Positions 59,891 through 64,000 of a stretch of DNA of 64,000 nucleotides are shown one piece after another. A program made the position numbers and the translations under genes. How positions within the stretch are numbered: position 1 is the stretch's first letter; every line of letters starts with the position of its first letter. Source of the stretch: an uncultured Spirochaetota bacterium (GTDB taxonomy: Bacteria; Spirochaetota; Brevinematia; Brevinematales; JAOACQ01); NCBI GenBank assembly GCA_963835575.1, contig CAWIGG010000004.1, positions 1-64,000 on the forward strand. The letters are read 5' to 3'. Under the pieces are notes generated by a model, which was given only the letters and a program-made list of their open reading frames with translations, did not search any database and had not been told where the DNA came from.

Positions 59891-60904
59891 TTACTTGGTA
59901 GGTGTCAACTCAGCTTCAGGTGCAATAGCGTCCACTATGAGTGTGATGCTGACTTCGTCGCTTGCGTTCCCGACTAAGTCAAAAGCTTTCGCTTTGATCG
60001 TATGAGTACCGCCCTTGAGTTTAATCGGGCTCTGGTAATCTATAGCCTGGCCGTCATCAATTGTATAAGTCACATTGGCAACAGCTGTTTCAGCATCCGT
60101 GGCTTTGATCTTAATCTGAGCCGAGCTGGAGATATATTTATTGCCGTTTGTTTCATAAATAGAATCAACAGAGAATTCAAGCTTCGGCGCATTCAGATCC
60201 ATAAAAAACACATAGGTCTGGTCCTGACTCGCGTTGCCGACATTATCTGTCGCCTTATATGTGATCTTATGGAGACCATTCGCAATGACAGGGGCAAAAG
60301 GCTTTGAATAAACAGCGGCAGCCGCATCATCCAGCTTATACTCGATAGACTTTACTCCCGAAAAGTCGTCTTCAGCGTAAATGCCGAAATTAACATTTGA
60401 ACCCACATAAGAAATGTCCTTAATTTTCACTACTTTCTTATCGCTTGAAAGATTCACCTTGGGAGCAGTCTTATCAAGAATAAATTCATAGTATTTAATC
60501 GGAGAAACATTTCCCACATTGTCTTCAACCTTATAAGCGATCATATGCTTCCCGTCTGTAAAAAACGCCAGAGGGTTCTCATACACCCCGAACTGGGAAT
60601 CATCCACCATCACATAAACCAGTTTTACTCCTGAGCCTTCATCTTTCGCGTCAATTTTAAACTTGATATCAGGAGACACATAATCCATCGATCCGTCATT
60701 ATACACAAGACCTTCCGTCGCGACTACTTCTTTTTCCTCTGTAACCGCATTGGAAGACGTTGTAACATTAGATGAACTCGTAACATTAGATGAAGTCGTC
60801 ACTTTTGACTTATCTCCCTGGTCGGGAGCCGTGGTTTGCTGCGCATAAGCGGAAACAATGCCAACACACAAAAAAACAACTGCCATTAATCTGATTTTAC
60901 TCAT
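59891..60904 (-). CDS. Secreted OmpL47-type repeated Ig-like domain protein
   Basis: Signal peptide; three repeats of A.D..SGV..I.Y..D....Y..P...G.H.I.YKA.D.VGN.S. Confidence 0.8.
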   Translation of the reverse strand: MSKIRLMAVVFLCVGIVSAYAQQTTAPDQGDKSKVTTSSNVTSSSNVTTSSNAVTEEKEVVATEGLVYNDGSMDYVSPDIKFKIDAKDEGSGVKLVYVMVDDSQFGVYENPLAFFTDGKHMIAYKVEDNVGNVSPIKYYEFILDKTAPKVNLSSDKKVVKIKDISYVGSNVNFGIYAEDDFSGVKSIEYKLDDAAAAVYSKPFAPVIANGLHKITYKATDNVGNASQDQTYVFFMDLNAPKLEFSVDSIYETNGNKYISSSAQIKIKATDAETAVANVTYTIDDGQAIDYQSPIKLKGGTHTIKAKAFDLVGNASDEVSITLIVDAIAPEAELTPTK

Positions 60905-61283
60905 ATTATTTCCCTCCTTTTCAAATTCTAATATTTTTCATTCGGGTTTCCCTTAATGGGATTTCCGATATGTATATAATGCGTCTTATCGAAAGGGACC
61001 TTTCTTAGAGTCTTTATCAATAAGACTCTAATAATAGCCAAAAGATAGTAGCATAATTTTAAAAAAAATACAACTCTTAATTTCTTTTTTTATCCTTAAT
61101 ACATTAAATAAAATATAGTTTAAGATTGAAGTTTCGGGAAGTAAATTTATAAAAAAAATTTAAGGGCCTTCTAATAAACCGGTAGAATACTTGAATATCA
61201 AGAACATCTTTATCCCGGTTCCAAAAACTTAGGCTGGTTCGATAAACTCGTCACAAGTTTTGGGGCGCCTTTCTGAAACATTT

Positions 61284-61778
61284 TTATTCAATTACTTCTT
61301 TCTTAATAAATGACCTTTCATCAAAGTCCAGCATCTTTTTAATATCAAGGATCAAATAAAGGCTCTCCTCGATTTTTACAAAACCCTGTACCAGCGCTTT
61401 ATCTATTCCTGTTTTTCCCATTCTTTCCGAATTCTGGATCTGCCCGGCTTCTATTGAAAAAACCTTGTCCAGAGCGTCAACGGCAAAAGCCACAAGCACG
61501 CCTTCAATATTTATGATGATCAGCTTCTTTGTTTTCCGGCTTTCTTTCTGCCAATTGTCTTCCTCTGCTTTTTCCAGAAATTCATCCTTCAAACCCAGTT
61601 TTTTCCGTATGGAAATAACCGGAATAACCATGCCTCTCAAGTTCATCAGCCCTTCAACAAAAAAAGGAGCGTTCGGCAGGGTTGTTATATTTTCTTCCCT
61701 CACCACTTCTTTGATATCCAATACATCAATACAATACTTATTACTGGCTATTTCAAAACTGACATATTGTTTTTCCAT
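61284..61778 (-). CDS. cheW: Chemotaxis protein CheW
   Basis: YVSFEI, IKEV, LPNAPFFVEGLMNLRGMVIPVI, AFAVD, LILD. Confidence 0.93.
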   Translation of the reverse strand: MEKQYVSFEIASNKYCIDVLDIKEVVREENITTLPNAPFFVEGLMNLRGMVIPVISIRKKLGLKDEFLEKAEEDNWQKESRKTKKLIIINIEGVLVAFAVDALDKVFSIEAGQIQNSERMGKTGIDKALVQGFVKIEESLYLILDIKKMLDFDERSFIKKEVIE

Positions 61779-61808
61779 ATCCGCTCCGCTGAATGGGAAT
61801 GAATTCTA

Positions 61809-63252
61809 TTATTGGCGATAAAAATTAATATCAATAAAGCTGTTCCATCCATAGGCTTTTTCACCGCTGTCCGGATATCCATACAAATAGATGTCCTTTA
61901 CGCCGATGAGCAAATCCTTATCAATCTGAACTCCAGTCTTAACCTGATTAAAGAGGCTCTGGACATCCAGTGTAAAATAAAAACCGACTGATTTCTCCTC
62001 TTGTGCCGTTTTGAAAAAAGACGGCAGCCTTTCCAGAGAGCCGTTTTTGTTATCATAGATATTTTTCACCAGGTTTGTCAAAACATCTTTATCGGTGGAA
62101 AAATAGAGATCGTTCTCAATAACGCCGTAATATATGGAATAATTTGTTGTTTTGTAATGATAAAAAGGCTTCGCGAATAAATCAAAAGTATAAATCTGAT
62201 TGTCCGTCTGAAGTATGGCATTTTTAACCGAATCCATAAAAAGGTCCGCGGTTTTCGGGTCTTTTATTCCTATAGAGCCGTAAAGCACATATTCATTTTT
62301 TGACGAATCGAATTTATCTATCACAATTTTCAGCCGGCCGTCCGAATTATTGACCAGATCCCTTTCAAGATTTACTTTATATTTATTTAAGAGTTCGCTG
62401 ACAAGACTTTTTTATCCCGAGTATATTGATGCTGTCAATATAATTATAATATTTATACAGCATCGGCATATTCATATAAATCTGGCCGACAAGGGCCGGG
62501 TTTCCCCATGTATAATCCAGCATATTATATTTTTCTGAGGCGGCCACATCCCGGAGATTCTGCATATAAAGCGTCTGGTTGGATGAAATAATACCGGCGT
62601 AACACTTCACCGAAATATTCTGCTCGGCAGGATCAATAATAAGCGCTGTAAATCCATAGGGAAGTTTAATATTTGCCGTAACGCCGATCGAAGAAGAAAC
62701 TCCGCTTAAATATTTGCTTTCCATCCATACAAAATTTCTATCCCAGTTAAACCCCAGTTTTTTCGCCGAAATCTGAAACCCCTCATTATTTTCCAGACTC
62801 TCTCCCGCAATAAAGCTCAATGCGGATTTATTCTCGGAAAAGGCGACATAATTCCCGAAAAACTGGTAAGGGACCGAATCCTTCAAATTATTCTTTATAA
62901 AAACCCCCAGTTCTTTTTTTGATTTGACCGGGATAAGCAAATAACCGGTATCATTTGAAATATGGACAAAACTGAGCGGGCTCTTTATATCAACACCGGC
63001 TTTTTCAAGGCTTTTTAAGTCGAACACATCAATTCCGTATGAACTTCTGGAATCCGCGCTCATTTGAAGGAGCATCTGATCATAATTCTTTGAATAAAAC
63101 CGTTTCATCAGGCTTTTTGTTGTATTAATGAGCGATTCCACAGAAGGAACATAGATCATAAATTCACAGGACCGGATATACTTCTGAATTTCAGATGAAT
63201 AGAATAATTGGAATTGAAAAATCAGAAGAAGCAATATCAAGAGCCGTTTCAC
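61809..63252 (-). pseudogene. Hypothetical secreted protein split by a +1 frameshift in an A6 run
   Basis: Track ORFs 62383..63252 and 61809..62324 join if one base is removed at 62408-62413, reading NILGIK-SLVSELLNKYKVNLERDLVNNSDGRLKIV-IDKF. Confidence 0.75.
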
Positions 63253-63788
63253 ATGATCACCTCATTATTGTTATAGACATCTCTTTCAATAAATTTGCTG
63301 GAAAAAACATTGTTTATGACTTTAGATTTCAGATTGACTGTATCGGAAAGATCAAACTTATCGGCTTTAACCATATCCTGCAGGACATCAATGCTTCTAT
63401 TATTTTCAAGAGCCATTCTGACCGCGTCAACAGTTGACATCCTGATGCTTTTCTGGAAAAAACCCATACTGACTATGCATTCGGCCGAATCAGCTGAATT
63501 AACCTTTTTAAGTATGCGGATCTTTTTAATTCTTAATCCCAGCTGATCAAACAGTCTTTTCGTGTTTTCAGCTTTTAAGAACAAATTGGCAAAAACGTTC
63601 TCATCAAACACATTGCCTATTGTCAGAAATACGCTTTCATCTTTTATGTTCTTGCCTTTTGCTTTCAGGATAAGAAAATACCTGTCTGTCTGAGCCTCAA
63701 AAAAAAGCTTGTCTATATTCATTGCCTGCCATTTTCTTTTGCTTTTACCGAAAAAGGAATTAAAAGCTTTTACCAATCTTTTGATCAT
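63249..63788 (-). CDS. Divergent bifunctional nuclease (DUF151)-like protein
   Basis: Layout FLILK...FLTIG...LFDQLGLRIKKIRI...STVDAVRMALENNRSIDV parallels DUF151 (PSDAIALAL...PIYV), but the RP.THDL and D.RPSD motifs are degenerate. Confidence 0.45.
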   Translation of the reverse strand: MIKRLVKAFNSFFGKSKRKWQAMNIDKLFFEAQTDRYFLILKAKGKNIKDESVFLTIGNVFDENVFANLFLKAENTKRLFDQLGLRIKKIRILKKVNSADSAECIVSMGFFQKSIRMSTVDAVRMALENNRSIDVLQDMVKADKFDLSDTVNLKSKVINNVFSSKFIERDVYNNNEVIM

Positions 63789-64000
63789 AAAACCAACCTA
63801 TCTAATTATATATATCCGCTACTATAATTTAATGACATATTCAAAAAAAATCAAATTATTCCTTGGGCTGAATCTGGAATGCCGGCTGATTTTTTCCGCA
63901 ATATTAAAATATTCTATTGCTGTTTTTTTTAATAAACCATGCTCCGCTATAATTTTGACAAAATGACTGAATGCCATTAGAATTCTTTCGCGAGTGCTAA

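Noticed and set aside
62407..62415. A-AAA-AAG as a programmed -1 frameshift site
   Set aside because: The -1 frame stops within a few codons; the productive continuation is the +1 frame.

Overview
64 kb of chromosome from a spirochaete that encodes lipid A biosynthesis (inferred from a spirochaete/kinetoplastid-type GAPDH, an OmpL47-like protein and lpxA/B/C/L). Most of the window is housekeeping and envelope genes: gap-pgk-tpiA, manC, mgtA, glgC, lpxA/B/C, rpsP-khpA-rimM-trmD-rplS-rnhB, degP, wbaP, yebC and cheW. The main accessory feature is an AT-rich, almost cargo-free Tn7-like transposon (about 1568-9140). It carries tnsA-tnsB-tnsC and two tandem TniQ/TnsD paralogs (one short, one full-length) and no cas genes. 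Its TGT terminus lies 1 bp after the stop codon of rlmD, which suggests rlmD is a TnsD-recognised attachment site. Its TnsA lacks the catalytic lysine, and its far end is odd: a clean three-site TnsB array points the wrong way and forms a 78-bp TGT...ACA mini-element. Also present are an IS256 without a target duplication next to an mgtA/PTS-IIA pair, two frameshifted genes, GTAG-type REP palindromes and a 43-bp covarying intergenic hairpin repeat. Putative regulatory sites include a sigma54 promoter for lpxC and a BlaI/CopY-like double operator over the degP promoter. No rRNA, tRNA or CRISPR array was recognised.
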